DNA of 64,000 bases, taken from assembly GCF_006345805.1 (NCBI RefSeq), contig NC_043002.1:66154001-66218000 (forward strand), given 5' to 3'. The stretch comes from Octopus sinensis. Taxonomy: Eukaryota. The notes below the pieces were generated by a model, which was given only the letters and a program-made list of their open reading frames with translations, was not told the origin of the DNA and ran no database searches. The position numbers and the translations under genes are program-made. Shown here piece by piece: positions 12,005-22,754 of this stretch. Each line of letters starts with the position of its first letter. The first letter of the stretch is position 1.

Positions 12005-13629
12005 ATTACCCTCCTGCTGCTGGTATCCCTCTAGCCTCCCCAACTCATGCACCTTCTCCTTCTTAACCCTTTCCAATCTTTTAGAGACGCTGCCTACCTC
12101 CCTTTCTTGAGAACTGAGAAAAGGCTTTGGTCAGACAGAAGCATTACAGATCATGCAAAAACCAGTGTTTACAGGATGTGCATACAGTTTGGTATGCTTC
12201 TGGACTAGTAATAATAGGCCTCTGAAAACACTTGTAAAATTCCAAAAATACCTCAGAAGAATACATAAGTAAACTGAGAAAATTTACCTTCATTATCATC
12301 ATCATCGTTGTCACCGTCGTCGTCATCATCATCATCATCATCATTTAATGTCTGTTTTCCATGCTTGCATGAGTTGGATGGTTTCACTGAAAACTGGTAA
12401 GCTGGCGAGCTGTACCAGGTTCCAATCTGATTTGGCATGGTTTCTACAGCTTAATGCCCTTCCAAATGCCAACCACTCCAAGAGTGTATTGGGTGCTTTT
12501 TTATGTGCCACAAGCATGGGGTGCCAGTTATGTGACACTGGCATCAGCCATGACTACGATTTCACTTGGCTTGATGGGTTCTCAAGTACAACATGTTGCC
12601 CAATGTTTGAAGGGTGCTCTTTATGTGCCACGGTATGGGTGCCAGTTACGCAACATTGGCATCAAACACAGCATATCACCTAACATTTGAAGGGTGCTCT
12701 TTACATGCCACCGGCATGGGTGGCAGTTATGTGATATTGGTATCAGCCTTGACTATAGTTTCATTTGGCTTGATGGGTCTTCTCAAGCATGGCATATCCC
12801 CACAGGTCTCAGTCACTTGTCATTACCTCTATAAGATCATGCTTCACCACCTCGTCCCAAGTCTCAGACACAAATACTTCACAGAGCTGGCTGTGTCATT
12901 TGAGTCATATTTAGCACAATATTGATTGCTATGGGCAGAGCTCCTAGTAGGTATGTTAAGTGTAAGATCACCCAAAACTGTTATTTTATAGAGAATTACA
13001 ATTTGGGAAACAACATCAACATAAGCCAAAGAAATGGCACAGAATTTCATGAAAACTGAATGAAATTGGAAAATAGGTGTTCAGTTCTGGGAAGAGACAG
13101 TGACTGATAGAAATGGATGGAAGTTTCTGATGGAAGAAGGTATTGAAGTTTTGAGTTAGCCAAAAGGCAGTGTGTAGGGTTGAAATGTATTTTGAGAGAG
13201 GTATCATACATAGATGCAGCAGATGAGATTAAGGAATGGAAATTCAGTCTGTTTGTGACCAACGTCTCCAGTCAAAAGCTGGTTGAGTAAGCCACATGAC
13301 AACACATGGTAATTTGTAAAAATCAAGATGCATCTAACAATGGTTTGTCACTTTGTTATGGTAACAACACCAGTGGATTACTTGTAAAAGTCTGTCGCTT
13401 CCACTGCCACTACCACCACCACCACCACCACCACCACCACCACCAACATCACCACCACAGCTGAGTGGACAGGAGCAATGTAAAATAAAATGCTTTTCTC
13501 AACAACACAGTGCACCACCAGGTACTGAACTCGTGATCTTGCTATCTTGAGCGAAATACCTTAACCACTTCACCCCATGCTTTCACTGCTCAATAAAGCA
13601 CCATAGTATACAACTGAGGAGCATATAAC

Positions 13630-14427
13630 CAGTGCTGGATTAGCCATTAAGCAAAATAAGCATGTGTTTAGGGTATCAGGGGAAGGAGGGGGCACCACAG
13701 AAATGGTAAATGGTTTATAGCACAAAAGAAATCACTTTAAACTTACTCTTTTACATGTTTCAGTCATTTGACTGCGGCCATGCTGGAGCACCACTTTAGT
13801 CGAGCAAATCAACCCCAAGACTTATTCTTTGTAAGCCTAGTACTTATTCTATCAGTCTCTTTTGCCGAATTGCTAAGTTACAGGGATGTAAATACACCAC
13901 CATCGGTTGTCAAGCATATACACACACATACATATATATACATATATATATATATATATATTATACATTTATATGATGGGCTTCTTTCAGTTTCTGTCTA
14001 CCAAATCCACTCACAAGGATTTGGTCAGCCCGAGGCTATAGTAGAAGACACTTGCCCAAGGTGCCACGCAGTAGGACTGAACCTGGAACCATGTGGTTGG
14101 TATGCAAGCTACTTGCCACACAGCCACTCCTGCACCTATGCTAAAATAACATTCGGGATGCTTTTATCTCTACTAAGTATAGATGCAGATGTGTTTCCTA
14201 AAATTAATTTTGAGGAGCTGATCAAAGACTTTGCAATTCAAAAAAGCAGGAGGAAACTTTTCAAATATAAATAAAGTGGAAGTATACAAAAATAAACATT
14301 ATTTTCCCTCTTACTGCTTTGTTTCGTTTTGAAAAATAAAAATTTATTTTATGGTTTGTTACTGTTTATATATTGAATTACATAATCTTTTATGGGGCAC
14401 TGAAATCTTTTAAGTGCTTAGGGCCTC
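13630..14427 (+). mobile_element. Non-autonomous hAT-like element with transposase C-terminal remnant, interrupted by a family B SINE
   Basis: Starts cagtgctggattag; 14150-14277 translates to LLSIDADVFPKINFEELIKDFAIQKSRRKLF, resembling the hAT dimerisation-domain end. Related copies at 19755-20365 and 24923-25246(-). Confidence 0.7.
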
Positions 14428-14714
14428 ATGGCAGAATTGTTAGCATGCCAGGCGAAATGTTTAGCAGTATTTCATCTGTCATTATATTCTGAGTTCAAAT
14501 TCTGCTGAGGTCGACTTTGCCTTTCATCCTTTCGGGGTCGACAAATTAAGTACCAGTTGCGTACTGGGGTTGATCTAATGGATTGCCCTCCCCAACAAAA
14601 AAATTTTGGACCTTGTGTCTAGAGTAGAAAAGAATCCAGCCCTGTATATAACGTAATGTGGTTTACAATATGCAATAGAATGTATTGCCATATAATGCAG
14701 TCGTGGCATTGTGT

Positions 14715-15305
14715 CAGTTTTCACAACAAGGGTTCCAGTTGATCCAATTAACAGAACAGCCTGCTTGTGAAATTAACATGTAAATGGCTGAGCACTCTAT
14801 AGACACATGTACCCTTAACGTAATTCTTATTTCTTTATGGTCCACAAGGGGCTAAACAAGGACAGACAAAGGGATTAAGTCAATTACATCGACCCCAGTG
14901 CGTAACTGGTACTTAATTTATTGACCCCAAAAGGATGAAAGGCAAAGTAGACCCTGGCGGAATTTGAACTCAGAATGTAAGGAAATACGGCTAAGCATTT
15001 TGCCCGGCGTGCTAACGTTTCTGCCAGCTCGCCACCTTAACGTAGTTCTGGGAGAGATTCAGCATGACACAGAGTGTGACAAAGCTGGCCGCTTCGAAAT
15101 ACAAGTACAACAGAAACAGGAAGAAAGAGTGAGAGAAAGTTGTGGTGAAAGAGTACAGCAGGGTTCGCCACCACCTCCTGCCGGAGCCTCACGGAGCTTT
15201 AAGTGTTTATGCTCAATAAATACTCACAACACCCGGTCTGAGAATCGAAACCGCGATCCCATGACTAGGAGTCTGCTGCCCTAACCACTGGGCCATTGCA
15301 CCTCC
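14715..15305 (-). mobile_element. tRNA-derived SINE family C carrying a nested family A SINE (14828-15034)
   Basis: Head ggaggtgcaatggcccagtggttagggcagcagactcc; an uninterrupted copy lies at 43516-43891(-) and a partial one at 29200-29430(-); nested insert flanked by ccttaacgta(a/g)ttct. Confidence 0.85.
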
Positions 15306-15619
15306 ATAATGCAGTATAGTATAAGGCACATTGCATTGCATTTTGACCTGACACACCTAAAAAATTGTATCTGCAGAAGAGAAAGCAAATTGTAATGTTA
15401 ACACAGAAGAGCAGGAAGAAAATAACAGGATGCAGGATATGTTAAGTGTATGTAATTGGTCTGAATGGATTTTTGGCTCTTTGCTTGTTGCACAATGAGA
15501 ATGATACAAGTGTTGGGGGGAGGCGCTTTGAAAATCAGTGAATCTATGTATTTTGTAATTGCTTGTAAGTTTGACACAACGGTAGATGGATGGATGGCGT
15601 CATCAGGGTGGAGTACTGT

Positions 15620-15835
15620 ATGATTTCACATCATCATCACTATCGTCAACATCCTCATCATCATCATCATCACCACCACCACCATCATCATCATCATCAC
15701 CACCACCACCACTATCTTCATCATCATCATCATCATCATCAATGTCATCATCATCATCATCATTGCCATTGTCATCTTCGTCATTGTCGTTGTCATCGTC
15801 ATCATCATCATCCTCATCAACATCATCATCCCTCT
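15620..15835. repeat. Imperfect (CAT)/(CAC)/(CGT)n trinucleotide tract
   Basis: Directly visible; produces poly-His/Ser/Met ORFs. Confidence 0.9.
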
Positions 15836-16923
15836 CTTTCCCCGCTTTCTCTTCCTCATTGTTTCAACATTTTCTCATACTTACCTTGTCTCAGATGAAT
15901 TTTGTCAAAGCAGATTTTCTACAGCTGGATGCCCTTCCTGTCATCAGTCATCATCTATTTTACAAGCTAAGAGATATTTTTTCTTTGGCTAGACATATTT
16001 TCATGAAAATGAATTGTATCACTTGTAAGACCCTGTTGTTCATTAACAAATTTCATGCGAATAACATCAAGACAAGGCAGCACAACATTCGCGCACACAT
16101 ATGCATATATCATCATCACGAAGGCCAGCCAGGTGGTACTGGCATCAACCATGCTTGAATGGTGCTTTTTATTTTCCGCTGGCACGGGAGCCAGTCAGGC
16201 AGCACTGGGAACGACCATGCTTGAGACCCAACAAATAAGGTGAGTTCACAGCTGTAACCTACACCAGTATTGCATAACCAGCCTACTCAAAAGTACCTTG
16301 GATTGTAGGGCGACATGCTGTGCTTGAGGAGACCTATTGAGTTACGTACATCAAAACCAAAATCAAATTGCAGTTGTGATCCCCATGCTGGTGGCACCAT
16401 CCAAATGTGACTGATGCTAGTGCCTCCTTGGCTGGCTTCCATGTCAGTGGTCGCAAAAAGCACCAACTAATCATGTCCGTTGCCAGCCTCCTCTGGCCCC
16501 TGTGCCGGTGGCATGTAAAAAGCACCCACTACACTCTTGGAGTGGTTGGCGTTAGGAAGGGCATCCAGCTGTAGAAACACTGCTAGATCAGACTGGAGCC
16601 TGGTGCAGCCTCCTGGATTCCCAGACCCCAGTTGAACCATCCAACTCATGCCAGCATGGAAAACGGACATTAAACGATGATGATGATGTTTAATATAGAA
16701 AACTGGAAAAAATTTGGTATATTTTTAATATATTTTTTTCAGTTTTCTGTCTTGATATTAGCTACTCTGCAAACCAAATTCACCAAAAATTTCAATCGTC
16801 ATCTATATCACATTTAAAATAAATCATCTATATACATACATTGGATTAATGTGAGCATGCAGATGTTCACACTAATCCAATTTGTGTGTATGTGTGTGTA
16901 TCTGAAAATGTATTTTTTCCGAT

Positions 16924-16995
16924 GGCCAGATAACTGAAGAGATAGCAGCGTGGATTTCCACCTCAGCATCTGAAACTCGGAGTTTTATCATGGCT
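16924..16995 (+). ncRNA. Type I hammerhead ribozyme motif (second family)
   Basis: Stem I GGCCA-GATAA/TTATC-A-TGGCT; CTGAAGA 16934-16940; stem II GAT-GC...GTGG attt CCAC...GC-ATC; one extra U before GAAA 16972-16975; stem III ACTC g GAGT; GUU triplet. Confidence 0.65.
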
Positions 16996-17302
16996 ACCGA
17001 ATAATTGTCACATATTACATTTACATATAAATTCCTCTATTTACGTAATATCGAGGTCTCTTTCATTTTTTTGTCATCTTACCATTTTTATCAATATATA
17101 TATATATTTATAGCCATGATTGGCTGCTAAATCCACAAGACAGTTTTTTCTTTTTATTCTCTCTCTCTGTTTATTTCTTCATATTCTTTTGTGTTGAAAA
17201 ACGTAGGCTCGAAATGTAAAAGACTTTCTTACCTTCCCGAGCGTCAAACTAATACACCTGCTTGTTGTTTATGCACCTGTCTTCGTCTTTGTAAATTTCA
17301 AC

Positions 17303-17348
<46 letters not shown>

Positions 17349-18504
17349 TGCTAGAGAGATAGATATACACATACTCACTCTCTCTCTCACACACATCCAC
17401 ACACACACACACACACCCATACATGTATCTACATATACGATGGGCATCCTCTTCTGTTTCTGTCAACCAAGTTCATTCACTGGTGAGGAGATACTTGCCC
17501 AAAGTGCCACACCATGGGACTGAACCTAAAAGTACATGGTTGCAAGGAGAAGTTCTTAACTAAACTATCATGCCTAACGCCCAACTCTTCTGAGCCATGA
17601 TCATTATTTTCCCATAAGGTTTTTACTCACATTCAGTTCAAGAACTCGATTGATTCTTAATTTATTGAACCTTTATGAACGCAAAGGTGCAGTAGTGGCT
17701 GTGTGGTAAGTAGCTTGCTTACAAACCACATGGTTCCGGGTTCAGTTCCACTGCGTGGCATCTTGGGCAAGTGTCTTTGACGATAGCCTTGGGCTGACCA
17801 AAGCCTTGTGAGTGGATTTGGTAGACGGAAACTGAAAGAAGCTCGTCGTATATATATATATATATGTATGTATGTGTGTGTGTATGTGTTTGTGTGTCCG
17901 TATTTGTCCCCCCCTCCCCAACATCGCTTGACAATCGATGCTGGTGTGTTTACGTACCTGTAACTTAGCGATTTGGCAAAAGCAACCGATAGAATAAGTA
18001 CTAGGCTTCCAAAGAATAAATCATGGGGTCTATTTGCTCAACTAAAGGCAGTGCTCCAGCATGGTTACAGTCAAATGACTGAAACCAGTAAAAGAGTAAA
18101 AAAGAGAGTAAAGCAAAGTATACTCTGGCAAGATTTGAATTGGAAAATACATAAATACCACAACAATACATTTATTATGAGATTTTTCTGATTCTTTTAG
18201 TGTGTTTTCTGGAATTATATAACAAATTGACTGATTGAGGTTAATGTAATTATTTTGTTATTATTTGCAAGTTTGTATGGATCCTGTTTGAAAAGATTTG
18301 TTGCTTTTTGAACATGTCTTCTCAAGCATAGCATATTTCCTTTCACTTGTCAGGAAATATGCTGTGCTTTAGAAGACCTGTGGAGTCAAATGAAATCATA
18401 GTCATGGCCAATGCTGGTGCCGCCTACTGGTACATGTACTGATGGCATGTGAAAAGCACCATTTGAGCATGGTCAATGTTATGCCGCCTGACTGGCTCTC
18501 ATAC

Positions 18505-19425
18505 TGGTGGCATGTAAAAAGCACCATTTGTGTGTGGTCGATTCAATGTTGCCTGACTGGCTCCCATGCAGGTGGCATGTAAAAAACACCATTCAAGCGT
18601 GGTCAATACCAATGCTGCCTGACTGGCTCCTGTGCTGTTGGCACGTAAAAAGCACCATTTGTGTGTGGTCGATGTCAATGCTGCCTGACTGGCTCCCATG
18701 CAGGTGGCATGTAAAAAACAGCATTCAAGCGTGGTCAATACCAACGCTGCCTGACTGGCTCCTGTGCTGGTGGCACGTAAAAAGCACCATTTGTGTGTGG
18801 TCGATGTCAATGCTGCCTGACTGGCTCCCATGCAGGTGGCATGTAAAAAACACCATTCAAGCGTGGTCAATACCAATGCTGCCTGACTGGCTCCTGTGCT
18901 GGTGGCACGTAAAAAGCACCATTTGTGTGTGGTCGATTCAATGTTGCCTGACTGGCTCCCATGCAGGTGGCATGTAAAAAACACCATTCAAGCGTGGTCA
19001 ATACCAATGCTGCCTGACTGGCTCCTGTGCTGGTGGCACGTAAAAAGCACCATTTGTGTGTGGTCGATGTCAATGCTGCCTGACTGGCTCCCATGCAGGT
19101 GGCATGTAAAAAACACCATTCAAGCATGGTCAATACCAATGCTGCCTGACTGGCTCCTGTGCTGGTGGCACGTAAAAAGCACCATTTGTGTGTGGTCGAT
19201 TCAATGTTGCCTGACTGGCTCCCATGCAGGTGGCATGTAAAAAACACCATTCAAGCGTGGTCAATACCAATGCTGCCTGACTAGCTCCTGTGCTGGTGGC
19301 ACGTAAAAAGCACCATTTGTGTGTGGTCGATGTCAATGCTGCCTGACTGGCTCCCATGCAGGTGGCATGTAAAAAACACCATTCAAGCGTGGTCAATACC
19401 AATGCTGCCTGACTGGCTCCCGTGC
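18505..19425 (+). repeat. Minisatellite of 14 units of 65-66 bp arranged as seven A-B dimers, inside an RTE 3'UTR copy
   Basis: A units start at 18505, 18636, 18768, 18900, 19031, 19163, 19294; B units lie between them. Confidence 0.95.
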
Positions 19426-19754
19426 TGGTGGCATGTAAAAATCACCCATTACACTCTTGGAGTGGTTCGCTTTAGGAAAGGGCATCCAGCTGTAGAAACC
19501 TTGCCAGATCAGATTGGAGCCTGGTGCAGCCTCCTGGTTTGCCAGTTCTCAGTAAAACCATCCAACCCATACCAGTATGGAAAGCGGTTGTTAAACAATG
19601 ATGATGATGATGATGAGGAGGAGGAGGACGACGATGACGACGACAAAGAGCTTATTGCATCACTTTCTAAAATAACTTATGAGGGAACACTGTTCAGTTT
19701 CTCTATATCATCCAAGTGCATTTTTTTTTTTTATCTTACAGACATGAAGGAAGG

Positions 19755-20365
19755 CGGTGCTGGATTAACCATTAAGGAAAATAAGCACATGCTTAGAGCA
19801 TGAAGGGAAGTAGGGGGTACCACAGAAATGGTAAATGGTTCACAGCACAAAATAAATTACTTTAAATTTGCTAAAATAATATTCTAAGTGGTTTATATGA
19901 TAGGGAATATAATTTTAAGGTGTTCATGGCATCATAGTGAGGATCTGATCAAAGACTTGGCAATCAAAAAATGTAGGAGAAAACTTTGCAAATATAAATA
20001 AGGTGAAAATATACAAAAATGAATATTATTTTCTATCTTACTGTTAGTTTTGTCTTCTTTTGAAAAATAAAAACTTATTTTATGGTTTATTATTGTTTAT
20101 GTTTTGAATTACATATATATATATGGGGGGCAGGGCTGGCCCTAGGGTTGCTGGCGCCCCTCGGCAAGATGAGCCTTGGTGTGTATAAGCTGATGATTGT
20201 GGAAATTTCCTTGTCTTTGTCATGCCCTCCTTGGCATCCCCTAGCACATTGTGCCCTGGGTGACTGCCTGAGTTTCTGTTACTTTGAACTGGCCCTGATG
20301 GGGGGGGGGGGGGCGACAAAATCTTTTCAGTGCTTAAGGCCTCTATAGGTCTTAATCTGGCCCTG
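19755..20365 (+). mobile_element. hAT-like non-autonomous element containing a nested 167-bp hAT MITE (20131-20297)
   Basis: Outer ends cggtgctggattaa/ttaatctggccctg; inner ends cagggctgg/ctggccctg with a perfect 8-bp TSD ATGGGGGG. Confidence 0.8.
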
Positions 20366-20504
20366 AGGAAAGATAGATTGGTGAAAAAAAAAAATGAGGA
20401 TATTATCAAACCAGTGACTTGACCTGAATGCTGGCAATAGAGGGCACTCCACTAAAAGTGCCTGAAGTGCCTGTTGGTGATGTCGATCTAGGTAACAGAT
20501 TGAA

Positions 20505-20717
20505 AGACGGCAAGCTGGAAGAAACATTAGCACGCTGGTGAAATGTTTAGTGGTATTTTGTCTGTCTTTACATTCTGAGTTCAAATTCCGCCGAGGTCGA
20601 CTTTGCCTTTCATCCTTTCGGGGTCAATAAATTAAGTACCAGTTGTATACTGAAGTCGATCTAATCGACTGGTCCCCTGCCCCAAAATTTTGGGCCTTGT
20701 GCCTAGAGTAGAAAAGT
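20505..20717 (+). mobile_element. tRNA-derived SINE family A with a perfect 19-bp TSD
   Basis: TSD atctaggtaacagattgaa at 20486-20504 and 20718-20736; body ...gagttcaaattccgccgaggtcgactttgcctttcatcctttcggggtc.... Other copies at about 9425-9850(-, dimer), 14430-14640, 22120-22575(-, dimer), 23730-23940, 31361-31594 (19-bp TSD, 1 mismatch), 49046-49277, 50775-50990, 57205-57625(-, tandem), 58555-58770(-), 63790-64000. Confidence 0.9.
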
Positions 20718-22664
20718 ATCTAGGTAACAGATTGAATCTGTTATCTAAGTGGGCCATGGCTGAACTTGAACTCACAGCTCAAAGAGCTGGAACAAATAGT
20801 TAAAGGCATTCAGTCTGATGTTCTTACAGTTTGGCCAATCCACCATCTTAGATTGGTGGGTTTTTTTTTATCAACACTGAACAGATGAAAAGTAAAGCTG
20901 ATCAAGGCAAGATTTGAACTTACATCACTGAAAGACATAGCTAATACCATAAAGCATTCTGTCTGACACCCTAATAACCCTACCAATTTGCTGCCTACTA
21001 TTATTTTAAATGTCTTACATAGTACTTAGCTTCAATCCTCTTAGTTTCAAATCCTGTCACAGTCATCATTGATTAGAATCCCACTGCAATCTCTGCAGTT
21101 GGAAAAATAAATTTAGAATCTCTTTCATAGGCGTAAGAGTGGCTGTGTGATAAGTAGCTTGCATACGAACCATATGGTTCTGAGTTCAGTCCCACTGTGT
21201 GGCACCTTGGGCAAGTGTCTTCTACTATAGCCTTGGGCTGACCAAAGCCTTGCGAGTGGATTTGGCAGACGGAAACTGAAAGAAGCCCGTCGTATATATG
21301 TGTGTGTGTGTGTGTGTGTTTCTGTGTCTGTTTGTCCCCCGAACATCGCTTGACAACCGATGCTGGTATGTTTACGTCCCCATAACTTAGTGGTTCGGCA
21401 CAAGAGACCGATAGAATAAGTACTAGGCTTACAAAGAATAAGTCCTGTGGTCAATTTGCTCGATCGACTAAAGGCAGTGTTCCAGCATGGCCACAATCAA
21501 ATGACTGAAACAAGTAAAAGAGAACTTTACATGGTTCAATTGGTTGATAAACATCTTCATTTTCTAAGGTATTGAACCTTTGAAGGACACAAAGACGCTT
21601 TTACTCCTTGATATGATTTTAAGAATAACTGCAATTTGGCTGACTCATGACAACCAGTAAAGAGAGAGAGAAATGGTTATATAGATGGTCAGTGATATGT
21701 TAGGTCCTCAAGAACAAGAGGCTGCATTTAGGTGGTACATACTATAGTTATGTCACTGTGGCTGAATAGATCCCAGAATTGGAGGCAAAATGTTTGCTAC
21801 AAGATGTTCATCTATCATAAGCCATTTTTACTGTAATAAGAACATTTGTTGATGTTTACAATGTTGCTACTGCTTGTAGTAGTAGGGTGGTTTGATACTG
21901 TGACACGTATTTACAACTAAGTGTACTTGGCTTGTTCCAAATACAGTGCTGGTAACCAGATAAAAACAGCTGACCTCACATATCTGAGCTCAGTCAGTAA
22001 ATTTACTACCAGTGATAAACTAGGGTCAATTCAGTCAACTATATACTTCCATAACAAATTATGACAAAAAGTAACAAAAAAAAAAACAAGTTTTCATATT
22101 CAAATATACTGTTTTCCTTTTCTTAATTGGGCCTTCAAATTTTAGGGCGGAAGAAAAAGGAACTCATCATATTACTGCTTGGGGCTAAACATAGAGGGGA
22201 CAAACAAGGACAGGCAAACGGATTAAATCGATTATATCGATCCCAGTGCGTAACTGGTACTTATTTAATCGACCCCGAAAGAATGAAAGGCAAAGTAGAC
22301 CTCGGCGGAATTTGAACTCAGAACGTAGCTGCAGACGAAATACCTATTTCAATATTACACACAAGGGGCTAAACATAGAGTGGACAAACAAGGACAGACA
22401 TAGGTATTAAGTCGATTACATTGATCCCAGTGCGTAACTGGTACTTAATTTATCGACCCCGAAAGGATGAAAGGCAAAGTCGACCTCGGCGGAATTTGAA
22501 CTCACAACGTAACGGCAGACGAAATACCGCTAAGCATTTTGTCCAGCGTGCTAACGATTCTGCCAGCTCGCCGCTTCTGTCAATTAATCTGCAATATTCC
22601 CGAATCTTGATGAAAGACGGAAATAGAACTCTCTAAAACGAAGATAAAATTTCTCTATCGCAAC

Positions 22665-22754
22665 ATGGACGACACGTGGGACAAATTGTCCCTCTCAGAG
22701 GCTTCTTGCGCTGCTCTTAAGGATTTAAAATTTGTAAAAATGACGCCAGTACAG
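22665..22754 (+). CDS. DDX55: DDX55 exon 1 (MDDTWDKLSLSEASCAALKDLKFVKMTPVQ)
   Basis: caacATGG start context; Q motif; donor CAG|gtaaat. Not in the ORF track (too short). Confidence 0.9.

Noticed and set aside
12090-12150. Further hammerhead-like text (ctgagaaaaggctttggtc)
   Set aside because: The core and GAAA are too degraded to support a call.
12844-13262. Possible LINE endonuclease remnant (ITVLGDL)
   Set aside because: A single short motif; insufficient evidence.
18499-19803. Long ORFs on both strands and a CRISPR-like look of the tandem array
   Set aside because: The 66-bp unit is 22 codons, so frames stay open by construction. There are no unique spacers and no cas genes, the context is eukaryotic, and the array lies in an RTE 3'UTR.
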